From sequence record OQ411014.1: DNA of 64,000 nucleotides, one strand, 5' to 3'. Numbering within the stretch: the first letter of the stretch is position 1; each line of letters opens with the position of its first letter. Under the pieces are notes generated by a model. The model saw only the letters and a list, made by a program, of their open reading frames with translations, was not told where the DNA came from and did no database searches. Positions 47,743-56,863 of the stretch are shown one piece after another. Made by a program: the position numbers and the translations under genes.

Positions 47743-48069
47743 ATGAAAAAGATATTTTTCAGCACTTTAGTAGTACTGAGTTTGTTGTCTTTCAATGTTA
47801 GTGCTTTAGAGTGCATAGATGATGCCGATAATCATTACATCATTGAGCCAGGAGAAGAAGATTCAGTACTGATCAATAACACAGAGTTTTATAAACTCAA
47901 TACGGAGGAATTCAAAGATACAGAGACAACCATTCATGATACTTGGTTACAGGATGAATCTGGAACCATTGCATTACTATCAGTAATAACAACAAAGAAA
48001 TCAAAAGAAGTTCAAACTAAACTGCACTTCGTCCAGGGAGATGAAATGTATAAGGGGATTTGTAAGTGA
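47743..48069 (+). CDS. putative exported beta-rich protein
   Basis: Signal peptide ending VSA; Cys near both ends. Confidence 0.75.
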   Translation: MKKIFFSTLVVLSLLSFNVSALECIDDADNHYIIEPGEEDSVLINNTEFYKLNTEEFKDTETTIHDTWLQDESGTIALLSVITTKKSKEVQTKLHFVQGDEMYKGICK

Positions 48070-48371
48070 ATACAACACGCGTCATAAACTATGTCATGGC
48101 AGACATGAAACAAGCGTACGAAGATGCATACGTACGTTACTTAGGGAAAGAGGAAGTTATTGCGACGCGAGTATACCTTGCATATGAGATGAGTTGTTCT
48201 ACACACCCTTCACTGAATAGCAAAGAAAACGCTAAGTTATTTCGTAAAGTAATTATTGACCACTACCGTAAAAACGGGTATCATATCCCTAGTGTTATGA
48301 AACTCTTCATGAATGTGATTCCTTCTAAGTATTCAGTTCATGGGGACTACGAGCCATTAACCTTAGAGTGA
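48066..48371 (+). CDS. hypothetical protein (GTG start)
   Basis: Overlapping operon arrangement. Confidence 0.6.
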   Translation: MNTTRVINYVMADMKQAYEDAYVRYLGKEEVIATRVYLAYEMSCSTHPSLNSKENAKLFRKVIIDHYRKNGYHIPSVMKLFMNVIPSKYSVHGDYEPLTLE

Positions 48372-48377
48372 TAAACC

Positions 48378-48710
48378 ATGCAACTAAGAGAAGTACCATT
48401 AGTCCTGCCAGTACTGGCAAATTGTGTAGTACTGTTGATATTTGTATACGCATTCTTTGAATGTTTGTGTCACTTATATGTAACAGGAAGATACAGAAAC
48501 AAGTTCTTTGAGTACTCAAGAGTAGACGTAATTGCTTCAACATATTGTACGTTACTGTCGAGTACTTTGGTATGTGCTTTCTGTGTTTATATATTACCGG
48601 ACACATATTTCGCATTGACTATGTGGGCTATGATATCTAATGGTGCTGCTTTGATGTACCTGATATACATCGTGGACTACTGGAATCTAAAAAGAACTAA
48701 ACGTATATGA
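48378..48710 (+). CDS. membrane protein
   Basis: 3 TM. Confidence 0.65.
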   Translation: MQLREVPLVLPVLANCVVLLIFVYAFFECLCHLYVTGRYRNKFFEYSRVDVIASTYCTLLSSTLVCAFCVYILPDTYFALTMWAMISNGAALMYLIYIVDYWNLKRTKRI

Positions 48711-48832
48711 TTTTATTCTTTATTTTATGTAGTACTGTAGTGTATACTCTCTTCGCTCCAAAGAAATCTACTATACAGATCTTGAGCGAAGAGATTAATA
48801 AATCCAAATCTAAATCCAATAAGGAGAAGTAA

Positions 48833-49084
48833 ATGTCACTACTTGCTTTTGTAGTACAAATGCTCATTGCAGTTTTAGTCGTACTTCCAGTACTGATCGC
48901 GTTATTCCGTGCTAAACAGGGTGTGTTCTTCGCAACAATGGGCTTGACATTTGTTATCCCAGTTGGACACCAAATCATCTTTGGTTCTTACGCAAACATG
49001 AGCAATACTGTACTAATTGTATATGGTGTATGTTATGTTACAGCACTAGCCCTCGCAATCTTCACTGAAGCAGATAAAGGATAA
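48833..49084 (+). CDS. small membrane protein
   Basis: AAGGAG RBS; 3 TM. Confidence 0.7.
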   Translation: MSLLAFVVQMLIAVLVVLPVLIALFRAKQGVFFATMGLTFVIPVGHQIIFGSYANMSNTVLIVYGVCYVTALALAIFTEADKG

Positions 49085-49088
49085 GAAC

Positions 49089-49592
49089 ATGCAACTAGAA
49101 AATTGGTTAGGATGGACTATCGTAGTAATATGTGTAGTACTGATGTATGCCCCACTAGTGCTGGTATTCGTCAAAACTAAAACAATCTCAATGCTGCTTC
49201 TGTCAATGGCAATCATTGCTGGTGCAGTAGGTGCACTCTTCGGTCAAGCATCTCCTAAAATCAGTGCAGTATTGATGGTAATGATTTGGGTAGTGATGTT
49301 GTTCGTTTCTCTCAAACTCATTTGGGCTGAGAAGGCTCCAATGTTTGAAGCTGATGAAAAGGGTAAGCGATGGTTCCTGTACTGCTTGAGTCATGATTTA
49401 CGTGTACGCATTACTGACGGAAAGATTGAGTACTATCTAGGTGAAGTAGTAACGCTTGACGAAATTCTAAAAGTGTATAAACTATCAGAACAGAATCATA
49501 ATGCATTACTTGACCAGATTGAAGCTGAAGAGTTCGCAGAACATCGTGAACAAATCAAGAAGGACTTAGCTGATTTGCGTTGTGCAAACTAA
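49089..49592 (+). CDS. membrane protein with soluble C-terminal domain
   Basis: AGGA RBS; N-terminal TMs resemble 48833-49084. Confidence 0.7.
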   Translation: MQLENWLGWTIVVICVVLMYAPLVLVFVKTKTISMLLLSMAIIAGAVGALFGQASPKISAVLMVMIWVVMLFVSLKLIWAEKAPMFEADEKGKRWFLYCLSHDLRVRITDGKIEYYLGEVVTLDEILKVYKLSEQNHNALLDQIEAEEFAEHREQIKKDLADLRCAN

Positions 49593-49597
49593 ACACT

Positions 49598-49622
49598 AGG
49601 GAACCGATGGGTTCCCTTTATT
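49598..49622 (+). terminator. terminator
   Basis: agggaacc/ggttccct plus T/A tract. Confidence 0.65.
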
Positions 49623-49646
49623 AATCCAACACACATAGAGAACAAA

Positions 49647-49946
49647 ATGAATTACATCTTATCTGTCATCTTCTTCAGTACTCTAATTGCGTATTCAGTC
49701 AATTCTTATAAAGAGAACATTGCACCAGATATGTATGAGTGTACAATAAATGTACAGTACGATACAGTACTGAAGACTAAGAAAGATACGTTCACATCCA
49801 CACGTCTGAACGAGATTGTAGACCACGGTGGTGCAATGCTGGGTGTTCATGTAGAAGATATGAAAGAAGATTCAGATTCATATAAAGGTGTAGTACTGAA
49901 ATATGAAGACGTAGTTGGTGGTAGTGTAGTGTGTAACAGAATATAA
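49647..49946 (+). CDS. putative exported or anchored protein
   Basis: Hydrophobic N-terminus; Cys pair. Confidence 0.65.
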   Translation: MNYILSVIFFSTLIAYSVNSYKENIAPDMYECTINVQYDTVLKTKKDTFTSTRLNEIVDHGGAMLGVHVEDMKEDSDSYKGVVLKYEDVVGGSVVCNRI

Positions 49947-50149
49947 AAAGAGGTACGAGTGATGAAAAAATGTACACTTTATGTATTGGCTTTTAGTATC
50001 TTTGCTGTACTGACATATTTTTCATTTTCTATCAAAGAAAGTTCTTCCCTTTGGGTATTCGTTGTGTTAGAATTCTTTTCGTTGGCAGTGACAATGTTGT
50101 TCATCGAACTATATTGTCGTTACATTAAAACTTAAATGAGATACTAACC

Positions 50150-50785
50150 ATGACTAAACAAGATATTTTCAAAACTGTAATCAATGCTCTTCGGTCTGAA
50201 GAAGTTCGTTGTATGATGGAATACAACATCAATAAAGCCACTGACGCTATCGTTCCTGTTATTGAAGCTGCTGGCCTGGTGTTCGTTGGTATTGGTATGT
50301 ATTCTGTCGTTGTGGAGCATCCTAAGTACCCTGGACGTGTGTTTAAGGTTAGTACTTCACGTTGGGATGGTTTCCGTGAGTACGCTAAGTACTGCAAAGA
50401 TAACAGCAACAAACCATTTGTACCTGCTATCTATAGTGCTGAAGTTAAAGGTAACTTCGCATGGTATGAGATGGACAAATACTTCTCAATCATGAAGGCT
50501 GATGAATCTGATTTCGTAAGCAACAAAGCAGATGAAATGTATTCCTTTGCTAATGCTGGTCAGTACGGTTCATCTCTTCGTGAAGAGATGGATGTACAAC
50601 AGGATCGTATGGATATCTACAACTTCGCTAAGGAGTTAGAAAGTGCATACGGTTCGCGTTTCACGCTGGACATTCACACTGGCAATATCATGATGGATGT
50701 ATTCGGTAACTTCTTTATCACTGACCCACTTGCTGGTGATTTACGCCGCGAGATTCCAGTACTGGAAGAAGATCCAGTATTCTAA
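50150..50785 (+). CDS. Ser/Thr protein kinase, T7 gp0.7-like catalytic domain
   Basis: G.G.YS..V.HP.YPGRVFKV, Y..YC...P..P.IY, DIHTGNIM, ITDP align by eye with T7 gp0.7 (G.GHFS...HP..P.RVIKV, DMHSGNIM, ITDP). Confidence 0.85.
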   Translation: MTKQDIFKTVINALRSEEVRCMMEYNINKATDAIVPVIEAAGLVFVGIGMYSVVVEHPKYPGRVFKVSTSRWDGFREYAKYCKDNSNKPFVPAIYSAEVKGNFAWYEMDKYFSIMKADESDFVSNKADEMYSFANAGQYGSSLREEMDVQQDRMDIYNFAKELESAYGSRFTLDIHTGNIMMDVFGNFFITDPLAGDLRREIPVLEEDPVF

Positions 50786-50794
50786 GGAGATATA

Positions 50795-51088
50795 ATGAAA
50801 GGTGCATTATTAGTAATTTTTGGAATGATTTTGATTTATTTTAGTGTTGACAAGTACACACAAAAGTCTGTACAATCAGTACCAGAAGCCCAAGAGACTT
50901 CACCAGTTCAGGAGCCACCAGCACCGGAACCTAAGTCCCAAGAGCAAGTACAAAACGAATACTACGCACATCACGTGTATCGTTTTAAAGATGACAAGTA
51001 CAAAGTTATTTGCTGGCGTATCATGAATATGAACCATGCAGGTTTATCTTGTCTCCCTGAACATTTGGTAAACGAAAGGACCGAATAA
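50795..51088 (+). CDS. membrane-anchored protein
   Basis: AAGGAG RBS; N-terminal TM, Pro/Gln linker, Cys pair. Confidence 0.7.
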   Translation: MKGALLVIFGMILIYFSVDKYTQKSVQSVPEAQETSPVQEPPAPEPKSQEQVQNEYYAHHVYRFKDDKYKVICWRIMNMNHAGLSCLPEHLVNERTE

Positions 51089-51420
51089 TGAATATCATTT
51101 ATCCTAACACAAGCACCAATTTTGATGACGTTGTAAGTGTTCTGAACAATAACAGTACTGTAACAATTCAGTTTCAGTTATCACCAAGTACTGGTCTTCT
51201 TGTGAAGAAAGAAGTATCCAAATACGTTGGCTATGAAAACCAAACTGTAATTGAAGTTTCGTTCTATGAAGATGATGCATCTGTGTTCGGTCGCATGTCA
51301 TCTGGTACTGAAATTCATGCAGCAGATGAAGCACTATTAGTAGTGCGTGCACTAAAGGAACGCTTGGCTTCAACGTCACCAAGCGATGTCAGTTCTATCT
51401 CTCTAGCTCGCGTGTGGTAA
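51088..51420 (+). CDS. hypothetical protein
   Basis: TAATG coupling. Confidence 0.65.
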   Translation: MNIIYPNTSTNFDDVVSVLNNNSTVTIQFQLSPSTGLLVKKEVSKYVGYENQTVIEVSFYEDDASVFGRMSSGTEIHAADEALLVVRALKERLASTSPSDVSSISLARVW

Positions 51421-51425
51421 ACGAA

Positions 51426-51728
51426 ATGAAACAGGTTATTATTGCAACGTTTGTATTTTTACTATTCACTCCAGTAACTTATGCTGGTATCAATCTGGAT
51501 TGTGTACTCACTAATTCATCTGGTGCAAAGATGCAGATCAATACCAGACAGACCTTTGGTGAATCTTATATTGAGTCAGATGCTTATATCAACTTCAAAG
51601 CAGTGGACTTTGTTGAAGGCTCGTTCATCAACTCCAACATGGTACTGGATAAGATTACTCTCAAGGGAGTGTTCAGTACTCAAAAGGATAACGGTAAAAC
51701 CCATCACGCAATGGTAGATTGTAACTAA
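51426..51728 (+). CDS. putative exported beta-rich protein
   Basis: Signal peptide ending TYA; Cys near both ends. Confidence 0.65.
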   Translation: MKQVIIATFVFLLFTPVTYAGINLDCVLTNSSGAKMQINTRQTFGESYIESDAYINFKAVDFVEGSFINSNMVLDKITLKGVFSTQKDNGKTHHAMVDCN

Positions 51729-52041
51729 GAGGAAAGCTAAGTTATGACGTACTTATCTATTGCAGTTGTTGTATTTTTAGTTTTAGTCGTTTGTGCATTT
51801 GGGTATCTCATGACTAAAGGTGATTGAATGTGAAATACATATTAGTCCTACTAGTATTATTCACTACATGCACAAATGCTAGTGCATTGAAGGAGCAGAA
51901 ATTCTTTGTATCCTTCTTTGCACCAGTACAAACGAAGCACATTAAATGGACGTATAATTCAAATCTACTAGAGTTGAATGAGCACAGGATTGGATTCGTT
52001 ATCAATTACGTGTGGTGAATAACAATTCAGTACTGAAGAAT

Positions 52042-52075
52042 GGGTTGACTTAGGTCAGCCCTTTTGTTATAAATA
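52042..52075 (+). promoter_or_regulatory. terminator/promoter hybrid whose -10 is also a T4-type late box TATAAATA
   Basis: gggTTGACttaggtcagccc tttt gt TATAAATA. Confidence 0.7.
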
Positions 52076-52120
52076 ACGGTATAGAAAAACACTATATGAA
52101 ATCTATGGAGAGAAATCAAA

Positions 52121-53641
52121 ATGCCAAATGATATGAAACACAAGAATGGTGCATTAGTACAACACTCTGACAAATGGAGTGAAGCTAATCGTCGTAAGAA
52201 TTCACACAACGCAGGCCAAGGATCTCGTGGCTCTCGCAATCAGGGGACTGGTGAAGCTGGTAAAGCTAATACAGTTGCTTCTGGTGGTATGGACACTTCC
52301 AATATGTCTCAACATGAGAAACTAAAGTACTTCAACAGTTTAGGACTCCTAAACCCTACACAGAAGAAGCAATTACAAGACATGGACGCTGCTGCATCTG
52401 CACCAAAAGAACAGCCACAGCAAGCTCCTAAAGCTGCTCCTGCTGGTAATCCTGTCAAAGAGCTATCTGATAACTTAGGTCGTATCTTTGCACAGAAGCC
52501 TAATCTAATTCAAGGTATTGTAAAAGAACTACAAGCAGTACCGAAGGAAGAGCTAAAGAGTAAAGCACAAGCTGTACTTGATGCTATGAAAGGCAATCGC
52601 AGTACTGAACCAACCGAAGTATTCAGTACTATCATGCGTGCACTTCAAGCTAAACCACAAGCTGCTCCAGCACAGAAAGCACCTAAGATGGACAGTGCAC
52701 AGGACATGTCAGATTTGTTTGGTAAAGTTGGTGCTGAAGGTAAGAACAACGCACAACAAGTCAAGAACGTCCAAGCTAAGATTATTGATCGTTTAGGTGA
52801 TAATCAAGACAAGACTAAGCGGGCATTTGACGCATTGAACAAAGCACTTGAATCTTATGTTCCTGGTGAGAAAGACAAGTTCCAGACCATCATGAACGCA
52901 GTCTTTGGTGAAATGAAGAAGTACGAAGCAGAGCACGGTGAGAAGGTATCATCTGATGGCTATATGATTCGTAAAGACGAAGAAGGTGCAGTAGACCAGA
53001 AAGATGCTCCTAAAGAGCAAGAAGACCTACCTGATACAGTTGATATGGATGGTTACATTTCTCGTCCAGATGAATATGACTTCGGTTCAGACAAAGAAGG
53101 TTATGAGTATGCTATGGACATTTATCGTTTCCTAGCTAAGAACTATGATTATGCTAACAAGTACGTAGATCAGTTTGTCAGTGCTTGGGATAATTACAAA
53201 GATAAAGGTTATGACTTCCCTGCGGAAGCTGCATTCTTTGAGTTAGGTAAACTACTCCAGAAAGATGGTGTAGAGATTGGCTCGAAAGAAGATACTTCTA
53301 GTCTAGATGCAGAATTGGCAAAAGACCGTCAAATGACACCAGGTTCTAAAGCTGAATTGAATAAGCTCCTATCATGGATTGTTGACATTGGTAAAAATGC
53401 TGGTAAAGATAACAAGAGTATCAACCGCAGTATTTCTTGGATCAATAATAAAATTGATAACAACGGGCGTAAGCTACAGAAAGCATGGAGTGATTTAGTC
53501 AATGGTGCAGATGAGATCGATATTGATTCTCCTGAAGCATATGAGTATGCGATGACGACTCTAGACAATTCCTTCCAGGACTATGAAAATGGTAATCTAA
53601 CTGCTAGTGAACAAGACATCATGCGTTCACACGGAAAATAA
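52121..53641 (+). CDS. 506 aa protein with low-complexity, A/P/Q/K-rich N-terminal half; possibly virion-packaged
   Basis: GGAG RBS; TATAAATA upstream; function inferred only. Confidence 0.7.
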   Translation: MPNDMKHKNGALVQHSDKWSEANRRKNSHNAGQGSRGSRNQGTGEAGKANTVASGGMDTSNMSQHEKLKYFNSLGLLNPTQKKQLQDMDAAASAPKEQPQQAPKAAPAGNPVKELSDNLGRIFAQKPNLIQGIVKELQAVPKEELKSKAQAVLDAMKGNRSTEPTEVFSTIMRALQAKPQAAPAQKAPKMDSAQDMSDLFGKVGAEGKNNAQQVKNVQAKIIDRLGDNQDKTKRAFDALNKALESYVPGEKDKFQTIMNAVFGEMKKYEAEHGEKVSSDGYMIRKDEEGAVDQKDAPKEQEDLPDTVDMDGYISRPDEYDFGSDKEGYEYAMDIYRFLAKNYDYANKYVDQFVSAWDNYKDKGYDFPAEAAFFELGKLLQKDGVEIGSKEDTSSLDAELAKDRQMTPGSKAELNKLLSWIVDIGKNAGKDNKSINRSISWINNKIDNNGRKLQKAWSDLVNGADEIDIDSPEAYEYAMTTLDNSFQDYENGNLTASEQDIMRSHGK

Positions 53642-53650
53642 GTAAAAATA

Positions 53651-53683
53651 AGGGTTGACATATGTCATCCCTTTTTGTATCCT
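53651..53683 (+). promoter_or_regulatory. terminator/promoter hybrid
   Basis: agggTTGACAtatgtcatccct tttt g TATCCT; 17 bp spacer. Confidence 0.75.
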
Positions 53684-53720
53684 ATCAGTACTGAATTAAT
53701 CCCAACTAAGGTGACAAAAC

Positions 53721-54041
53721 ATGGAACTCAAACAATACGACGCAGCAATCGAATTTATGGGTTATACTGAAGAGTACCCAAATGACTTCATCTATAAGCA
53801 CGATGTAGGGCGTGATCATTCAATTTATTTCATTCAGCATAAACAAACTGGTGTACGCATTGGTGTGAATGATACATATTCTGTAGCGAAGAACTTTTCT
53901 TCCTTCAATCATGTAAATTCAACTGTAGCAAAGAATGTTGTTGACACAGTACGCAAATTCATAGAGAATGAACGTCATCAGGAATCAGTTTCCTCCGACA
54001 ACGCAAGCCTTATGAAAGTGTTTGCTCACTATAAACTCTAA
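53721..54041 (+). CDS. hypothetical protein
   Basis: AAGGT RBS. Confidence 0.7.
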   Translation: MELKQYDAAIEFMGYTEEYPNDFIYKHDVGRDHSIYFIQHKQTGVRIGVNDTYSVAKNFSSFNHVNSTVAKNVVDTVRKFIENERHQESVSSDNASLMKVFAHYKL

Positions 54042-54355
54042 TGCTGAGACTAATCATGACTAATCCACAATCTGATTTTGATATTGAAGTGTATGTAGGT
54101 TCTAATGTGTACCCTGAAATCTTGTCAGATGTACAGGAACTGAAAGGTACAAGTTCAGTACTGCACTTTGAAGAACTTTGCGTGAAGTACGGTTCTATGG
54201 GTGATAAAGAGTTTATTGCATTCTACATGGAAGCGAGAAACTTGAAGTTTTTAGATGGTTCATATTTCAAAGTACAAGAAACAGTCGCAGCAGACTATTC
54301 AAAGAAATATGAAAGTTCAATCATTGACTTGTATAAAAAGTACGGAATCTTATAA
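54041..54355 (+). CDS. hypothetical protein
   Basis: TAATG coupling. Confidence 0.65.
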   Translation: MLRLIMTNPQSDFDIEVYVGSNVYPEILSDVQELKGTSSVLHFEELCVKYGSMGDKEFIAFYMEARNLKFLDGSYFKVQETVAADYSKKYESSIIDLYKKYGIL

Positions 54356-54364
54356 GGAACTCCA

Positions 54365-54742
54365 ATGCGTGTATCATATAAAGTAACTGAATTCAACAAA
54401 GATTTGTTAGTACGTTCTATGTTTGAAGATGCGAAATCATTCAAGTACTTCAAAATTGGATTAGATGCGTGTATTGAGATTCAGAAGTTGATAGATGCTG
54501 GATATATCATCATGGATAATGGTGAACCTATTCCACGGCATTATGAGTTCAAGATTGCATTTGACTCATTCGATTCAGTGCTTAGTATGCCGCGACTGGG
54601 ACCAGATGGGGTTATGTGGTTAGGTTCAACTATGGGTAACATTGAAGATACTGTGTTTGTGTATAAGAAAGAACTCAACGAAGCATTTGGTAAACTTTCT
54701 TACATCAAGCCAGAAGACCAATGTAAACTGAAATTTATTTGA
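54365..54742 (+). CDS. hypothetical protein
   Basis: AAGGA RBS. Confidence 0.7.
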   Translation: MRVSYKVTEFNKDLLVRSMFEDAKSFKYFKIGLDACIEIQKLIDAGYIIMDNGEPIPRHYEFKIAFDSFDSVLSMPRLGPDGVMWLGSTMGNIEDTVFVYKKELNEAFGKLSYIKPEDQCKLKFI

Positions 54743-54749
54743 GGTATGT

Positions 54750-55082
54750 ATGTTAGTATATAATTACTTCAGTTTTATAATCTTCATGATGTTTTCGCTT
54801 TATATCATCATGGGTAACGTTGCGTGTTTCTTGAAGCATTATAAACTCGCAAACAGATGGTTTATGATGACAAATCCTTGCTTCCCGAATTTCTGTGCAT
54901 TTATATCTGGGATTTTAGTACTGGTAGATTTGTTCTTGGGTATCTCATCGGAACAACCATGCTTCTCTGCGGTAGCGATGACATTTTTGCTCGTTGCAAC
55001 AGTCCTGGGTATTGTGTTTATCATCTGTACAGTACTGATAGAGTTGATTAGTGATTGGCGACGAAAGTGGCCTGAACAATAA
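54750..55082 (+). CDS. 3-TM membrane protein (paralog of 44346/44694)
   Basis: K.YKLANRW, three TM, ends RRKWPEQ. Confidence 0.65.
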   Translation: MLVYNYFSFIIFMMFSLYIIMGNVACFLKHYKLANRWFMMTNPCFPNFCAFISGILVLVDLFLGISSEQPCFSAVAMTFLLVATVLGIVFIICTVLIELISDWRRKWPEQ

Positions 55083-55090
55083 CATCATAA

Positions 55091-55124
55091 AAGGGTTGAC
55101 TTCGGTCAGCCCTTTCTGTATTAT
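55091..55124 (+). promoter_or_regulatory. terminator/promoter hybrid
   Basis: aagggTTGACTtcggtcagccctttctgTATTAT; 17 bp spacer. Confidence 0.8.
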
Positions 55125-55151
55125 ACATACATCAACTGAGAGGATAATTAA

Positions 55152-55580
55152 ATGCGTGTATTTCGTTTTGAATTAAAATATTCTATTCTTGAAGGTAAGT
55201 ACAACTCTATCATTACTGGTATGGGACCATTCACATGGTACTACAAAGATTACAGTACTGAAGCTGGCTACCGTGCACTTGAAATGAAAACGCTTGAAGA
55301 GTGTCAACCAGAGCCAGAGGATGATGGTATTCATGCTATTAAGAACGGATGGGCTTTTGGGTGTGACTCACTGGAATCGCTGTATGAGTTCTTTAATGCT
55401 GATATCCAGGCTTTGAGTGCTGCTGGGTTTGCAGTGTCTGAATATGAAGTTCCTTATCAGCACGTAGACATTGGTCTACATCAAGTACAGTACTACAAAA
55501 AGAGTGCACAATTGCTAGCTATCCATGATGTGAATGAAATATTCAAATCAGTACTTGACAATTGTACTGTTCAGTACTAA
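55152..55580 (+). CDS. hypothetical phage protein
   Basis: GAGGA RBS; GPF...PEP..D...FGC.S..L..FF motif. Confidence 0.7.
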   Translation: MRVFRFELKYSILEGKYNSIITGMGPFTWYYKDYSTEAGYRALEMKTLEECQPEPEDDGIHAIKNGWAFGCDSLESLYEFFNADIQALSAAGFAVSEYEVPYQHVDIGLHQVQYYKKSAQLLAIHDVNEIFKSVLDNCTVQY

Positions 55581-55612
55581 ACTATATCTAACTTAACAGA
55601 GGAATCAAACAA

Positions 55613-56224
55613 ATGACTAAATGTGCTTACGGTCTGGACTATTCCATCAATGGTAAATTCACATCTCTCGGCACTTCTAACGATTGGCGTGCCATTTTTG
55701 AGACATTCATTAATGATGTTATTAGCACATCAGTTGAAAGTGTTGAATATGCAATCCTCACGTTCAACGATGAACCGATTGTAAATTCAGTACTGGACGT
55801 TATTCTTTTTGGGATGGTAGAACACAAATATCGTGTAGTTCTTTTGAATAAAGAACGTGACACTATTATTTCATGTGCTTCTTACAACGAAACATATAAC
55901 ATGCGTGAATGTAATTTATGCTCTGGTATTATTGAAGTAAAAGCAGTAAATCAAAACAACTTATGTTTTTCATTGGGTAAGGACTTTTCATTTAGTAGTG
56001 CTGATTTTGAAGTGTTCATGAATGATTGGAATACTATGCATCTCAAGACTAAAACTAAAATTTCTAGCTTACAACGCCCTACTGAAGTTGCAAAAAACGA
56101 GAATACTATTCAGTACCATGTCAGTACTGAATTAGAGAAAGCAATCAAAGTAATTGATTCTAATCCAGAAGAAGCAAAGCGTATTCTTAACGTAATGCAA
56201 TATATGTTCACTAACAAAGGATAA
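55613..56224 (+). CDS. hypothetical protein, weak family C C-terminus
   Basis: GAGGA RBS; ends ...EEAKRIL. Confidence 0.7.
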   Translation: MTKCAYGLDYSINGKFTSLGTSNDWRAIFETFINDVISTSVESVEYAILTFNDEPIVNSVLDVILFGMVEHKYRVVLLNKERDTIISCASYNETYNMRECNLCSGIIEVKAVNQNNLCFSLGKDFSFSSADFEVFMNDWNTMHLKTKTKISSLQRPTEVAKNENTIQYHVSTELEKAIKVIDSNPEEAKRILNVMQYMFTNKG

Positions 56225-56229
56225 TTGAA

Positions 56230-56826
56230 ATGCTATTCAATAAAAGTAATTATTTTTCAGTACCGAAGGTTTCTGGCAAACCGCTCCAAATGACTTTTGA
56301 TATGAATATCAGTACTATATTCTATAATTTGCTTCGCATTCAAAATAATGATAAAGAGTTCGTCTTGGGTAAAGCAGCAATTTACAATTCAGATGATATT
56401 CCTTTGATTTGTGATTTTGATAAAATTCTTGAAGCAGCACGTTCAGCCACCAGTAGAGTATATAAATTCACTGTTTGTGATTTGTCACAGAAGGTACTTG
56501 ATTATAGTTTCTATATGGATGAAGAAAGTTTGAAGGTAAGTATCACAAATATCATCAATGCAGACATTACCCTTGATAAGAAACCGCACCTTTCGATCAC
56601 AGATAATGAGACTGGGGAAACTCGAAGTGGTACTGTGAATGAAATTTATGATCATTACTTCCATGCACAGATTGCACCTAAAAATGATTCTACTATGTCT
56701 GTAGTACTGGACATGGAAGAAGTACTGAATGAAATGCGTCCTATTATTCAGAATGGTACTGACGTAGAAAAGTCCAACGCAAAAGCAATCCTGGCGTATG
56801 TTGCAGCTAAATTGGCTAAACAATAA
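56230..56826 (+). CDS. family C protein (C-terminus shared with 61302-61964)
   Basis: LDMEEVLNEMRPIIQNGTDVEKSNAKAILAYVAAKLAKQ. Confidence 0.75.
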   Translation: MLFNKSNYFSVPKVSGKPLQMTFDMNISTIFYNLLRIQNNDKEFVLGKAAIYNSDDIPLICDFDKILEAARSATSRVYKFTVCDLSQKVLDYSFYMDEESLKVSITNIINADITLDKKPHLSITDNETGETRSGTVNEIYDHYFHAQIAPKNDSTMSVVLDMEEVLNEMRPIIQNGTDVEKSNAKAILAYVAAKLAKQ

Positions 56827-56863
56827 AAGAAAAAAGGAGACTTTGTAGTCTCCTTTCTTTTTA
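56826..56863. terminator. bidirectional terminator
   Basis: aaaggagact/agtctccttt flanked by A- and T-tracts between convergent genes. Confidence 0.85.
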
